Positions 10,779 through 21,296 of a stretch of DNA of 64,000 nt are shown here, one piece after another (within the stretch, counting starts at the first letter, position 1; each line of letters opens with the position of its first letter). The notes beneath the pieces were generated by a model that searched no databases, was not told the origin of the DNA, and was given only the letters and a program-made list of their open reading frames with translations. Both the position numbers and the translations under genes were made by a program. Source of the DNA: Rhodobacterales bacterium (GTDB lineage: Bacteria > Pseudomonadota > Alphaproteobacteria > Rhodobacterales > CAZPXZ01); the NCBI GenBank assembly GCA_965222665.1, contig CBDCUM010000007.1:22058-86057 (forward strand), in the 5' to 3' direction.

Positions 10779-11178
10779 TCAGAGCAGCTTCCAGTCCCCG
10801 AGGCGCTCGAACGCGTCGGCTGCACGGTAGATGTCCGGTTCCCCGAAATCCGGGGCAACGAGCATCATTCCCACCGGCAGGCCCTCGCTCATTCCGCAAG
10901 GCACGGTCATGGCCGGAAACCCGCCCGCGTTGAACGGAGCGGTGTTGCCCACCATCTCGAAGGCCCGCTGCACCGTGAGTTCGATCGGCGCATCCGGCGG
11001 CGGAATCCGGGGCGCCTTCATCGGGGTGGTCGGCATCAGGAGAAGATCCCAGGCCTCGAATGCGGCGCCGTAGCGGCCCTTCAGCATGCGCAAGAGGTTC
11101 TGCGCCTTCCCGTAGTAGCGCCCGCGATGACGGGTCCGGAAGTACTCGCCGAGGAACATGCAGGTCTTGAGGCTAGGC
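10779..11178 (-). pseudogene. amidase (amidase-signature family), C-terminal fragment separated by IS insertion
   Basis: LKTCMFLGEYF...LLMPTTPMKAPRIPP..MVGNTAPFNAGGFPAMTVPCGMSEGLPVGMMLVAPDFGE is a typical amidase C-terminus. It joins in frame to fragment 13720..14842 once the IS and one copy of the 8-bp repeat are removed. Confidence 0.85.
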
Positions 11179-13719
11179 CTACCGTGTAGCCATAACTTGT
11201 CTACACAACGTGTTTCTTGGCCTGTTCCAGCATGTATCGTTTCCCCGCCTCGAAGCCGCGCTGCTGGCCAGCCTCGACACCGATTCTGTGGCCGATGGTC
11301 GCCTTGGTGAGCATGCTGTAGCCCTGCCACATGATCTGGTTCCCTGGCTCGGGGTCGAGCTTTCGCGCACGGTAGCCGCCGAGATGTGCGACCAGCTGCA
11401 CGCTCTTGCCGAGGTCGTCGGGCGCCGCGAGGCCTGCTTGAGACGCGTAGTCGCGAAGAAACGCGAGCTCGTGATCGGTGAACATCAGCTCGGCGTCGCA
11501 CTCCGGGACCTGGCGTCCGAGCAAGGTCATGAGCATGATCCGCCAGGCGATGACGGCATTGATGGCGATCGCCCGTTGCAGCCGGTCGGCCGTTCTGAAC
11601 AGCAGGAACTCGGACTTGCAGCCAGACTTGATCACTCGGAACCAATCTTCGACGCGCCAGCGCTGAAGATAGTGGCCGACGATCTCGGCGGCGGTTGCGG
11701 CATTGTCGACGGCAATGGATGTGAGCAGGTACCACTGAACCGGCGTTTCCTTCGCGGGCGGGTTGGTCTCCACGATGTGGACTGCAGACATCGGCACCGG
11801 TTCGATCCCCTTGCCGGTCGCCGGCAGCGAGACCGTGCAGAACCGCAGCTCGCAATGGGCAAGTCGTTTCGTGCGCGCCTCCCGCGCCTTCTTCCGGCTC
11901 GCCTTCGGGCGCTCGGTCAGCCCTGCAATCTCGACCTCGATCATGCCCGCCACGACCTGGGACCGCACCGTCGCAAACAGCGTCTGCTTCTCGCCCAGGG
12001 AGCGGTCGTGCCTGGCGCGTACCAGCAGTTCCACCCGGGAGGCGCGGCGCCGGGCGTCGAACAGTTCAAACACGTCCGCCTCGCGGTCACAGACCGCAAT
12101 CACCCGCGTCCTGCGGGTCAGCTCACGGGCCGCCTTGAGCGTGTCCTCGAACCCATCGAGCCACCGCGCCGTCTTGCATCGGGCGTTGCGCTGGTCGTTC
12201 ACCTCATCGAAGCCCAACCGCAACACGCCAAGCGGCAACCCGCTATCGGTCACCGCAAGCGTCGCATGCAGATGGAGTCCCAGCGTCCCGGCGCCGGTCT
12301 GGTTCTTGCCGATGATCTGCAGCCCTTCGGTGTGCGGACGGCGCGCAAAATTGAGGTCACTGCCGTCCTGGATCGCAAGCACCGTCCTCTGCCCGCGCAT
12401 GCGCGCGATGCTGCGCGCGCGGTGCGGAGCCAGGATGTTCTCCACCGTCACATCGGACTCCGAAGGATGCTCGACAAGACGGTAAAACCCGTCCACCGCT
12501 GCGTTGTTGCTGCCGGGATTGGCATTGATCGCGCGCCCGGGATACTCCGCAAGCAACGCCGCGCTCCTCACCAGCCGTACCGCCAATCGCTTGTCGCCCA
12601 ATGCCGCCCCTCCAAACTCGTTTGCAGCCCACACATCCGCGCCAAGACCCTCCCCGGGCCCCAGTATCGGCGCCGGATCCACAACCGGAACCTCCAGATG
12701 CCGCCGCCAGCGCCGGCAAAGCGCAACCATGAACACCGACTTGACCGGCTTGTCCCTCCGGTTCTCGCGATCCTGCCGCCCCCGCCCCGCTGTCTCGCCA
12801 ATGCGCACAAAGTTCGCAGCCTTCAGGCTCGCACCGTCATACTGCGCTTCCAGAAACGTCTCGACAAGCCAGGGCCGGAACCCGTATCGCGCCTCGAAAT
12901 CCCGCGGAAGACGCCGCAGGATCCGCCCCAGCACATGGCTCGCAAGATTGCCGCAGGAGACCTCCGCACGGATCAGGAACCGGCTCAGGCAGACAACCCG
13001 CTCAAGATGCGCCCGGCGCTGGTCGTCCGTCCAGGCCATCCAGCGCTCGCGTGCGGCAAGGCGCAAGGACGCCGCCGAAAACCCGACAGCGCCCAGAAAC
13101 CCGTGCTGTGAGGCGACAAGATAGCGCATCTGGTGGCCGGCAAACGTCGTGATGCCATGCGGATGCTCATGGGCAAGCAGCGTATTCCAGATCCGGCGCT
13201 GATCGCGAGAGCGCACAACGATGATCTCAAGCCCGGAAATCTCCGCAAGCCGGTTCGGAACCCCCTCCGGCGGAGCGACCGGCGCAGCAAGCAGTGACGG
13301 CCCCGAGAATACAGACGCCTCCCGGGCAGGGGGCAGGACAATCGCGTCCGATCGCTGCTCAAGGATCCGCAGCGCCTTGAGACAGCCCGCAAGCTGACCT
13401 CGGCCACGGTGGTCCAGGAAGTCGAACTCCTCACAAAGGCGCCGGCCAAGCGCGTGGCGGCTCTCGAACCGCTCGTGCAACAGGATCTCGGCAATCCGCG
13501 GAACCGCTGCATTCAGCGTGCGCTGGATCTGTGATTGTGCCATAGTGCCGACGGTATACACGATCGGTCTCGGGTTGTCCAGAGGTCTTTCCACCCACCT
13601 CCGCTGCCCTCGGAACGCCGGGCGCAAAGCGGTCAGGTCGGCCCGAAATCCCAGCCGCGCTCGCTTGCACACAGATCAGCCGGAGCACGTTGTCAGCCAA
13701 AATTGCAGCTACACGGTAG
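11179..13719 (-). mobile_element. Tn5-like (IS4 superfamily) insertion sequence, copy type 1, 2541 bp
   Basis: Terminal inverted repeats are CTACCGTGTAGC(C/T).. (11179-11197 versus the reverse complement of 13701-13719). The 8-bp direct repeat GGCTAGGC occurs at 11171-11178 and 13720-13727. It has a single transposase ORF. Confidence 0.85.
11201..13543 (-). CDS. fusion transposase: N-terminal DUF4338 (DruA-like) domain plus Tn5-type DDE transposase
   Basis: ATG 13543 (MAQSQIQ). The N-terminal 290 aa carry DUF4338-type blocks (GHQMRYLV, WMAWTDDQR, VVCLSRFLIR, NLASHVL, LVETFLE, LKAANFVRIGETAGRGR). Next comes the Tn5 N-terminal DNA-binding block (WAANEFGGAALGDKRLAVRLVRSA). DDE region: LAIQDGSDLNF, VIAVCDREADVFELF, YLQRWRVEDWFRVIKSGCK. 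Confidence 0.8.
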   Translation of the reverse strand: MAQSQIQRTLNAAVPRIAEILLHERFESRHALGRRLCEEFDFLDHRGRGQLAGCLKALRILEQRSDAIVLPPAREASVFSGPSLLAAPVAPPEGVPNRLAEISGLEIIVVRSRDQRRIWNTLLAHEHPHGITTFAGHQMRYLVASQHGFLGAVGFSAASLRLAARERWMAWTDDQRRAHLERVVCLSRFLIRAEVSCGNLASHVLGRILRRLPRDFEARYGFRPWLVETFLEAQYDGASLKAANFVRIGETAGRGRQDRENRRDKPVKSVFMVALCRRWRRHLEVPVVDPAPILGPGEGLGADVWAANEFGGAALGDKRLAVRLVRSAALLAEYPGRAINANPGSNNAAVDGFYRLVEHPSESDVTVENILAPHRARSIARMRGQRTVLAIQDGSDLNFARRPHTEGLQIIGKNQTGAGTLGLHLHATLAVTDSGLPLGVLRLGFDEVNDQRNARCKTARWLDGFEDTLKAARELTRRTRVIAVCDREADVFELFDARRRASRVELLVRARHDRSLGEKQTLFATVRSQVVAGMIEVEIAGLTERPKASRKKAREARTKRLAHCELRFCTVSLPATGKGIEPVPMSAVHIVETNPPAKETPVQWYLLTSIAVDNAATAAEIVGHYLQRWRVEDWFRVIKSGCKSEFLLFRTADRLQRAIAINAVIAWRIMLMTLLGRQVPECDAELMFTDHELAFLRDYASQAGLAAPDDLGKSVQLVAHLGGYRARKLDPEPGNQIMWQGYSMLTKATIGHRIGVEAGQQRGFEAGKRYMLEQAKKHVV

Positions 13720-14842
13720 GGCTAGGCGAGAGCTCGTCCGCCCGGCTTCGCCATTTCGCGAAATGGTCGGACAGGGAGGAAAGGAAGAGCCCGCGGCAAT
13801 TGGCACCTGCGAGGTTCCCGTTCATCATCAGTTCCTGCAGACCCTCGACCGCGATGGCGGTCCACAGATCCGGACCGGCACAGTGGTCGGGGATCGACAC
13901 CTCCGCGACCGTGGCGCCGAGGGAGCGGAAGCGCTCCGCGGCCGCCCGGACCTTTACGTCCACGTCCGGCTCGCTTTCCGGGCGGCCGAAACCCTCCTTC
14001 AGGATCCCGATGCGCATCCCGCGCGCTCCCCGGCCGAGCGCTTCCGTGTACCGGCCGGCCTCGGCCGCGCCCTGCCGAGGATCCATCCCGTCCGCGCCCG
14101 CGATCACTTCGAGCAGCAGCGCATTGTCGGCCACGGAGCGGGTTACCGGGCCGACATGGTCGATGGTCCGCTCGACCGGGATGATCCCGCTATAGGGCAC
14201 CAGCCCGTATGTCGGCTTCATGCCGAAGCACCCGCAATGGCTGGACGGGATGCGGATGGAGCCTCCCTGGTCGCCGGCGATGGCCAAGTCGACCTCGCCC
14301 GCGGCCACGAGGGCCGCGGACCCGCTTGAGGATCCGCCTGCCATGTAGCCGGGCTTGTACGGGTTGTGCACCGGCCCGGTGGCGCTGGTGTGGCTGCCCC
14401 CGGAGAGGCACATGTCCTCGCAAGTGGCCTTGCCGGCGATGATGGCGCCGGCGTCGAGCATGCGCGTCACGATCGTCGCATCGACCTCGGGGATGTATCC
14501 CTCCATGATCGAGGACCCGCTCATCATCGGCACGCCGGCAACGCAGACCGTATCCTTGACGGCAACGCGCCGGCCCGCCAGCGGCCCGCTGCCCGCTCCC
14601 TGGATCTCCGTCTTGTAGTACCAGGCGTTCAGCGGGTTCTCGTCCGGGCCCGGCCGATATCCGGGCGAACGCGGATAGCGGACCTGCGGCAGGAAATCCG
14701 GCAACGCGTCGAGACGCCCGTAGCCCTCCAGGTAGGGCTCCATGATCGCCAGATACCGCTCCAACTCCGCATCCGTCATCGACAGATGCAGCCGCTCCGC
14801 CAGCTCCCGCATCTCGTTCAGGGTTGGCCGCTTGATCGCCAT
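13720..14842 (-). pseudogene. amidase, N-terminal fragment (catalytic core), truncated by IS
   Basis: ATG 14842 is preceded by AGGGGG. Sequence MAIKRPTLNEMRELAERL..; Gly/Ser-rich amidase signature GGSSSGSAALVAAGEVDLAIAGDQGGSIRIPSSHCGCFGMKPTYG. The reading frame runs into the IS end (..ADELSP|SPTV*). Confidence 0.85.
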
Positions 14843-15712
14843 TTGCACCCCCTGTGCCGCTGCTTCCCCACGGGGCACCGCGATTCCGGCAACCCCGGCC
14901 GAGGCCCTACTTGTGCCGGCAGCTTCCGGCGCAGCGGGCGCAGCCGCCTTCTGCGGCAACGGCCGCACTGGTCCCCGCTCCCGGGCAGGCCGGCGGAATC
15001 CGAGGAACTCCTCGATCAAGCCGGCATCCCGGATCTCGTCTGGCCCCAGTTCAGCCCGGACCTGTCCCCGTTCCAGAACCAGGACCCGGCTGGCCAGGCC
15101 GCTGATGAACTCGATGTTCTGCTCGACGAGAAGAACCGCCAGCCCGCTCCCGCTCCGCGGCCTGGCGAGGGTTCCGGCGATCTCGTCGACGATGGAGGGC
15201 TGGATCCCTTCCGTCGGCTCATCAAGCAGGATCAGCGAAGGCGACCCCATCAGGCACCGCGCGAGGGCCAGCAATTGCTGCTCTCCCCCCGACAGCGCTC
15301 CTCCATCGCGACCCATGAGGCCGCCGAGCCGCGGAAAGGAATCCAGGATCCGGTCGCACAGCTCCTCCACCGAGCCGTCTCCCGTGTCCTGGTACGCGAA
15401 ACGCAGATTCTCCCGAACGGTAAGGCTTGGGAAAATTCCCCGTCCCTGCGGGACATAGCCGATGCCCGCCTGCGCCCGCGCGTGCGGAGGAAGCCGCGTG
15501 ATGTCGCTGCCATCCCAGCGGATGGCACCTGCCGAGGCGGGAATCAGACCCACGAGGGACCGGAGAAGCGTCGACTTGCCCACGCCGTTGTGGCCGAGCA
15601 CGCCAACGATCTCGGCCTCCCCGGCAGCCAGGCTGACATCCCTGAGCACCGGTATCCGCCCATAGCCTGCGGAGAGGCCGTCTACATCCAGGAGCGGGTC
15701 GGCCTGGCTCAT
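14843..15712 (-). CDS. ABC transporter ATP-binding protein (LivF/UrtE-like) with no stop codon before the amidase
   Basis: Walker A GHNGVGKST, signature LSGGEQQ, Walker B LILLDEPTEG. After ..EEFLGF a 50-aa Ala/Pro-rich linker runs in frame into amidase Met-291 (track ORF 13709..15712). Confidence 0.8.
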
Positions 15713-16432
15713 CTAGCGCGCCTTTGCCCCGAGATAGACATCGCGTACCCGCTGGTCGGTCATGACCGCGTCGACAGTGTCCTCCACGAGAACCCGGCCG
15801 TGGTGGAACACCGTGACCAGGGTCGCGATCGACCGGACGAATTGCATGTCGTGCTCGACCACGATGACCGACGCCTGCTGCGCCAGTTCCAGGACGATCA
15901 CCGCCATGCGCTGCGCTTCCTCCTCCGAGAGCCCGGCGGCAGGTTCGTCGAGCAGGATTAGCCAGGGCTCCGCGGCGATGACGGCGGCAAGCTCGACGCG
16001 CTGTCGCTGCCCGTGGGCGAGCCGGCCTGCGGCAGTATCGGCGACGCCGCCCAGCTCCAGCCGCTGCAAGGTGCGATCGACTTTCCTTCGCGCCCCGGCG
16101 GGCGGCTGACGCCGGCGCGCCGCAATCCAGATGTTCTCGCGCACGCTGAGACCCTCCATGAGGCTCGGCACCTGGGTTTTCGTGCCCACGCCGAGCGCGG
16201 CGATGCGATGCGGCTCCCAGCCGGTTGCGTCCTCGCCACGGAGCCGGATCTCCCCTTCGCTCGGCTTCAGAAGCCCGGCCACGCACTGGAAGAACGTGCT
16301 CTTTCCCGCACCGTTCGGGCCGATCAGACAGCGCAGTTCGCCTTCGCGAATCCGGAAGTCGACCCGGTTGACTGCAGTGACGCCGCCGAAGCGCATGGTC
16401 AGGCCAACCGCTTCCAGCACCGGAGCAGACAT
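15713..16432 (-). CDS. ABC transporter ATP-binding protein (LivG/UrtD-like)
   Basis: MSAPVLEAVGLTMRFGG; GPNGAGKST; LILLDEPAAGLS. ATG 16432 overlaps the permease stop by 1 nt. Confidence 0.9.
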   Translation of the reverse strand: MSAPVLEAVGLTMRFGGVTAVNRVDFRIREGELRCLIGPNGAGKSTFFQCVAGLLKPSEGEIRLRGEDATGWEPHRIAALGVGTKTQVPSLMEGLSVRENIWIAARRRQPPAGARRKVDRTLQRLELGGVADTAAGRLAHGQRQRVELAAVIAAEPWLILLDEPAAGLSEEEAQRMAVIVLELAQQASVIVVEHDMQFVRSIATLVTVFHHGRVLVEDTVDAVMTDQRVRDVYLGAKAR

Positions 16433-17445
16433 CAGGCTCCGTGTCCGGCCCGGCGCGGCCGCCGGGCGCGGCGCGCCTTCCGTCGCGGAAACAGCCGGGC
16501 GATCTGCGGCCCCAGCCCGCGCGGAAGAAACAGAACTGCCATCACCAGGAGCGCTCCCATGACAACCATGTTGTTGATCAGAGCCTGTTGACCGAGGAGG
16601 AATTTGAGATAGCCGAGCGCGGCTGCGCCGAGAATCGGGCCGAAGGCAGTTCCGAACCCGCCCACGATGCACCAGATGATCACCTCGGCGGATTGGACCA
16701 GGGAAAACAGTCCCGGGGTCACCACTTCCGCCCAGTTGGCGAACAGGACCCCGGCGAAACCTGCCATCGCACCGCCGGTCGAGAACAGCACGGTCTTCCG
16801 GGCTCTCGGATCGTAGCCGATGAGCTCCGCGCGGAACTCGTTCTCCCGGATGCCCACCGCAATGCGCCCAAAGGAACTGGCAAGCAGCAGCCGGACGAGA
16901 ATGTACGCCGCAATCAGCGCCGCGGCACAGACGTAGTAGAGCCCGTCGCCCCAGATGTAGGCGTCCGGAATGCCGGGGACGTTCAGGGTCGGGAAGCCCG
17001 GTATGCCGTTGAACCCGCCGAGCCGGGCCGTCCCGATCGTGTACTCCGGTCCTGCGGTGGAGTTCAGGAGCCGGTTGAGAATCAGGGTGAAGACGAGTGT
17101 TATGACCCCGAGATAGACGTCGGCGAGCCGACCGTAGAACATCATCGCGCCAAGGAGCAGCGCAGCCAGGGCCGGAACCGCAATGCCGATGAGAACCGGA
17201 AGGGTGCTCTCGCCGATGTTGATCGCCGAGATCGCGTAGGCGTAGGCTCCGAGCCCGAAGAAGGCGGACTGGCCAAAACAGAGGATCCCGCCGAACCCCC
17301 AGACCAGCCCCAGGCTGAGCGCCAGCATCCCGTAGATGGCCAGGACCGTGAGCGTGTAGGTGTCGACGAGGAAGGGAAGCGCAAGGGTGGCCCCGATGCC
17401 GATGCCCGCTGCCGCGGCCAGATCCCGGCCGGCACCGCCTGGCAT
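16432..17445 (-). CDS. branched-chain/urea-type ABC permease (LivM/UrtC-like)
   Basis: 337-aa polytopic membrane protein starting MPGGAGRDLAAAAG. It has the typical LivM block GILCFGQSAFFGLGAYAY. ATG 17445 overlaps the upstream stop. Confidence 0.88.
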   Translation of the reverse strand: MPGGAGRDLAAAAGIGIGATLALPFLVDTYTLTVLAIYGMLALSLGLVWGFGGILCFGQSAFFGLGAYAYAISAINIGESTLPVLIGIAVPALAALLLGAMMFYGRLADVYLGVITLVFTLILNRLLNSTAGPEYTIGTARLGGFNGIPGFPTLNVPGIPDAYIWGDGLYYVCAAALIAAYILVRLLLASSFGRIAVGIRENEFRAELIGYDPRARKTVLFSTGGAMAGFAGVLFANWAEVVTPGLFSLVQSAEVIIWCIVGGFGTAFGPILGAAALGYLKFLLGQQALINNMVVMGALLVMAVLFLPRGLGPQIARLFPRRKARRARRPRRAGHGA

Positions 17446-18311
17446 CACATGGACCCCTTGAGGAACCGGCCGGTGATGCCCCTCGGAAGCAGGCGGAGCA
17501 GAATGATGGCGGCAATGAGCAGCGCCACTTCCCCGATCACCGGAGTCGCCGCGAAGGCGAAGAACTGGCTGACGGAGCCGAATATCGTCGCGCCCGCCAG
17601 CAGGCCGGCGACGACCGACGGACCGCCGGCGATTACAGCGATGAAGGCCTTGGCGATATACGCCCCGCCCCAGGCCGGAACCAGACCGACCAGGGGAGCG
17701 AGGACGCCCCCGGCCAGACCCGCCAGGGCGGACCCGGCGAAAAAGGTGGCCATGTAGACGCGCGCGGTGTTGTGCCCGAGCGCGGAAGACATTTCCGCGC
17801 CCTGCATGGTGCCCCGCGCGATCAGCCCCGCCCGTGTCCACTTGAGAATCGCGATCATGGCGCCAATCAGTACCGCCACCACGACAATGACAAAGAGGTT
17901 GTATCCGTTGACCTGGTACGCACCGATCCGGAATCCCGGGATCGGGGTCGGGATCCCGGTTGTCGTGTTGCCGAAGATCGTCGAGACCGCGCCGACGATC
18001 AGCAGGCTCAACCCCCAGGTCGCGAGCATCGTATCGATGAGGCGGCCGTAGAGGTGCTGAATGACAAGCCGCTCGCAAACCAGTCCGAAGATGCCGACGA
18101 AGAGCGGCGCCACCAGCAGCATGGCGAGAAAGACATTGATTCCGGCGTTGACCGCCACAATGGTGGCGTAGCCGCCGAGCATCATGAATTCCCCATGCGC
18201 GAGGTTGATCACACGCATCATGCCGAACACGACCGCAAGCCCGGCGCTGATCAGGAACAGATTCGCGATCGCGTAGGCGAATTCCACCGCGAGAATGGCG
18301 GCAAAGTCCAT
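17445..18311 (-). CDS. branched-chain/urea-type ABC permease (LivH/UrtB-like)
   Basis: MDFAAILAVEFAYAIANLFLISAGLAVVFGMMRVINLAHGEF is a typical LivH N-terminus. The track ORF extends to TTG 18341. Confidence 0.88.
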   Translation of the reverse strand: MDFAAILAVEFAYAIANLFLISAGLAVVFGMMRVINLAHGEFMMLGGYATIVAVNAGINVFLAMLLVAPLFVGIFGLVCERLVIQHLYGRLIDTMLATWGLSLLIVGAVSTIFGNTTTGIPTPIPGFRIGAYQVNGYNLFVIVVVAVLIGAMIAILKWTRAGLIARGTMQGAEMSSALGHNTARVYMATFFAGSALAGLAGGVLAPLVGLVPAWGGAYIAKAFIAVIAGGPSVVAGLLAGATIFGSVSQFFAFAATPVIGEVALLIAAIILLRLLPRGITGRFLKGSM

Positions 18312-18423
18312 CTCCGGCCCCCGCGCGGCGTCAGTCTTCAACCGTCGGGCGCAGCGGAACGCGGCGCTTCGGCTGTGCTTCGCGCGAGGGCTGGCCCGAT
18401 CCGGCGCAACGGTCGCCTCCGAC

Positions 18424-19650
18424 CTAGAACTTCAGTTCGTACTGGGTGTTGTCGTCCGGATTCGCGACAAGGTCGCAAACCGCCTGCGTGTCCGATGGCG
18501 GCTTCTGGCCGAAGCTCTCGAGGACGTTCATCTTCTGATCCCGGATTTCAATCAGATGGACATCCAGCGAAGCATGATGCGTGGCCCGGTCCACGGAAAC
18601 CGTGCCCCCCGGGCCGTCGATCGAAAGGCCGCCCTCCAGAGCCTCGATGACCGCCATCCGGTCATGCGAACCGGCTTGCCGGACCGCCTCCGCCCATAGC
18701 AATGCGCCCTGGTAGTTGGACACGGCGATCTCGTGAATTGCTTCCGTTCCGCCGTAGGCTTCCGCCCAGCTCTCCTTGAAGGCGCGGTTGGCTGGCGAGT
18801 CGATCTCGTGAGAGTAGTTGTACGCGACCAGGATGCCGTTCGCCTCCTCGGCGGTCAGGACCTTGTGCTCGTTCCCGACCCCGAGCGTTGTCGAGGCCAT
18901 GGGGATCCGGGCGTTCATGCCGGCCGCCGCCCACTGACGGTAGAAGGACAGGTGGGCTCCGCCGACGAGAACCGAGACGACCATGTCCGGCGCCGCCTGC
19001 TGGATCTTCGCGATCGACGCACCGAAATCCGCAACGTCGAGAGGGAAATAGTCCGTCTGGACGACTTCGCCCCCGGCCTCTCCCGCGTAGCGCTCGACCC
19101 ACCGGGCCGTGTTCTGCCCGTAGTTGTAGTCGGCGGCAAGCACGTAGATCCGCTTTCCCCATTTCTCGATGGCTCTCGGGATCAGAGTCTGGACCTGCTG
19201 CGCCGGCGTAACACCGGTAATGAAGATGTTCCGGTCGCAGACGCCGCCCTCGTAGAGAACGTTGTAGAAGTAGAGCGTGCTGGACTTGCGGAACGTCTGC
19301 CGAACCGCCTCGCGGGACGCGGAAAGGATGCCGCCATGGACCACGTCGACCTTGTCCTGCCGCACCAGCCGCTGGCCGTATTGCGAGTAGAGCGCCATGT
19401 CCGACTGGGTGTCGTAGGAAACCAGATCGATCATCTCCCCGTTCAGCCCGCCTGCGGCATTGATCTGGCCGACCGCGAGGCGGATGGCCATGTCCATGGG
19501 CTTGCCGTAGGCGTCGAATATTCCGGATGTGTCGAGAATGGAGCCGAGCCGGATGTCCCCGGCGGCATGGGCCGAACCCGGCAACGCGAGGCTTGCAGCG
19601 GCCAGCGCCGCGCTCGATGAAACCAAAAAGACTCTTCTGGTGAAAGGCAT
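18424..19650 (-). CDS. periplasmic substrate-binding protein, urea/short-chain-amide type (UrtA/AmiC/FmdD-like)
   Basis: ATG 19650 follows GGAGG. Signal peptide MPFTRRVFLVSSSAALAAASLALPGSAHA. Blocks LGSILDTSG..AVGQINAAGGLNG, DKVDVVHGGILSASREA and YNVLYEGGVCDRNIFITGVTPAQQV resemble the UrtA/AmiC family. Confidence 0.8.
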   Translation of the reverse strand: MPFTRRVFLVSSSAALAAASLALPGSAHAAGDIRLGSILDTSGIFDAYGKPMDMAIRLAVGQINAAGGLNGEMIDLVSYDTQSDMALYSQYGQRLVRQDKVDVVHGGILSASREAVRQTFRKSSTLYFYNVLYEGGVCDRNIFITGVTPAQQVQTLIPRAIEKWGKRIYVLAADYNYGQNTARWVERYAGEAGGEVVQTDYFPLDVADFGASIAKIQQAAPDMVVSVLVGGAHLSFYRQWAAAGMNARIPMASTTLGVGNEHKVLTAEEANGILVAYNYSHEIDSPANRAFKESWAEAYGGTEAIHEIAVSNYQGALLWAEAVRQAGSHDRMAVIEALEGGLSIDGPGGTVSVDRATHHASLDVHLIEIRDQKMNVLESFGQKPPSDTQAVCDLVANPDDNTQYELKF

Positions 19651-19673
19651 GTTGGGTACCTCCTGTTCTTGTT

Positions 19674-21296
19674 TCAGGGTTGCTTGTTCTCGGGGCCATC
19701 GGACTTGCGCGCAGTGGCAGCGGCGTGAATCCGACCCGCCGCATCGGCGAGACGGCTTCCGGCCTGCGAGTCGAAATCGAGCCCGATCTCCGCGCCGAGC
19801 GACTTCATCGCGGGCAGGTGCACCGCCATGCCGAGCACGGAACTCAGGGCCTGCTCGAAGGGCGAACCCTCCGTAGAGCCTCCCATGGCGGCCCCTGGTC
19901 CTCCGATGTGGTTGATCCGGATCGAATCGATCTTTTCGACCGGCTTCATCATCTGTGCAGCGACTTCCGGCAGCTGGTCCAGACGGCGCATCTCGACCTT
20001 CATGGCCATAAGCGCGTCGGTCGCAAGGCTCTCGGCCTCGATCTGGGCACGCTTGCACTCGGACTCGGCAAGCGACCGCTCCTTCTCGATTTCTGTCTTC
20101 AGGCGCCCCGCCTCACTGTCCGCCCTGGCCTCCGCCGCGATGGTCGCGACGCGCGCTCTTGTTCTTTCCGCCTCGACTTCCGCGTCCTGGCGGGCCCTCA
20201 GGAGCGCCATCTCATTCCCTCGAAGCGCCGCCGCGCGTTCCCGGGCGGTCTGCACCGCCTCCGAAGCCTCTGCCGCGGCAGCACGCGCATATTCCAGTTC
20301 GCCCGCCGCGGCAGCCTCCTCGGAGTGCTTCGCGGACATCGCGACCGCATGGTCCGCCTTGCGGATCTCGAGGCCGAGGATGGCTTCCATCTCGCGCCGG
20401 CGGAGTTCCTGGTCGCGCTCGATCTCGGCGGTCTTGGTGGCCTGTTCGGCAGCGATGCGGGCCCCCTCGGCGTCCCGCTCCGCTTCCGCCTTCGCCCGCT
20501 CGATGCTGGATCTGGCCTCGGCCTCCAACCGTTCGCACTCGCGCTGCGATTCGGCCTCGAACTGCTTCAGCCGGCTCTCGATTTCCAGCCGCTGCCGGGC
20601 TTGCTCAAGGCCAGTCATCCGGATCGCGATATCGGCACCCGACTCAATCTCCGCGCGGCGCCGGCGGTCCTCGGAGACGATCTCGGCAAGACGCCGCATG
20701 CCGGCGGAATTGAACGCGTTGTTCTCGTCGAATCCCGCGAACGCTGCCTGGTCCACATTGGTGAGGGACGCCGCTTCCAGCTCAAGGCCAAGGCGCCCGG
20801 CAACCTCGTCGGCGATCCGCCGCACCGCGGCAGCGAAATCCTGGCGGTTCTCGTGGATCGCGTTCAGCGTCCGGCCGGCCGCCACGGCCTGAATGGCGTC
20901 GACAAAATGACCTTTGACAAAGTCGGCGACTTCTTCGGGCCGGCCGACGCTTGTGCCCATCGCCTGGCACGCCGCCGCAACGCCTTCGCGTGTCGGCGTG
21001 ATCCGCCCAAGAAACTGCATTTCGAGATCGGCGCGCAGCCTGTCCGAGGTGATCACCGAGCGCGGGCCGGCGAGGGTGACGGTGATAGATGTCGCCCGCA
21101 TGCTCACGGTCCGGACATGGTGGAGGAACGGCAGAACGAGGCAGCCCCCGTCAATGACAACCTTGCTGCCGCCGGCTCCAGTCCGCACAAGCGCGGTCTC
21201 CGGGCTGGCCTTTCGGAAGAAGCGTTGCAGAAACAAGCCGCCGAAAATGGCGGCCAGTATCGCGGCGGAGACGAGAAGTGCGACCAATTCGCCCAC
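19674..21296 (-). CDS. flotillin / SPFH (band 7) domain protein (YqiK-like)
   Basis: N-terminal TM helix, an SPFH core (ALVRTGAGGSKVVIDGGCLVLPFLHHV..), then a long Ala/Glu/Arg coiled coil. GTG 21296 follows GGGAGGGG. Confidence 0.85.
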   Translation of the reverse strand: MGELVALLVSAAILAAIFGGLFLQRFFRKASPETALVRTGAGGSKVVIDGGCLVLPFLHHVRTVSMRATSITVTLAGPRSVITSDRLRADLEMQFLGRITPTREGVAAACQAMGTSVGRPEEVADFVKGHFVDAIQAVAAGRTLNAIHENRQDFAAAVRRIADEVAGRLGLELEAASLTNVDQAAFAGFDENNAFNSAGMRRLAEIVSEDRRRRAEIESGADIAIRMTGLEQARQRLEIESRLKQFEAESQRECERLEAEARSSIERAKAEAERDAEGARIAAEQATKTAEIERDQELRRREMEAILGLEIRKADHAVAMSAKHSEEAAAAGELEYARAAAAEASEAVQTARERAAALRGNEMALLRARQDAEVEAERTRARVATIAAEARADSEAGRLKTEIEKERSLAESECKRAQIEAESLATDALMAMKVEMRRLDQLPEVAAQMMKPVEKIDSIRINHIGGPGAAMGGSTEGSPFEQALSSVLGMAVHLPAMKSLGAEIGLDFDSQAGSRLADAAGRIHAAATARKSDGPENKQP

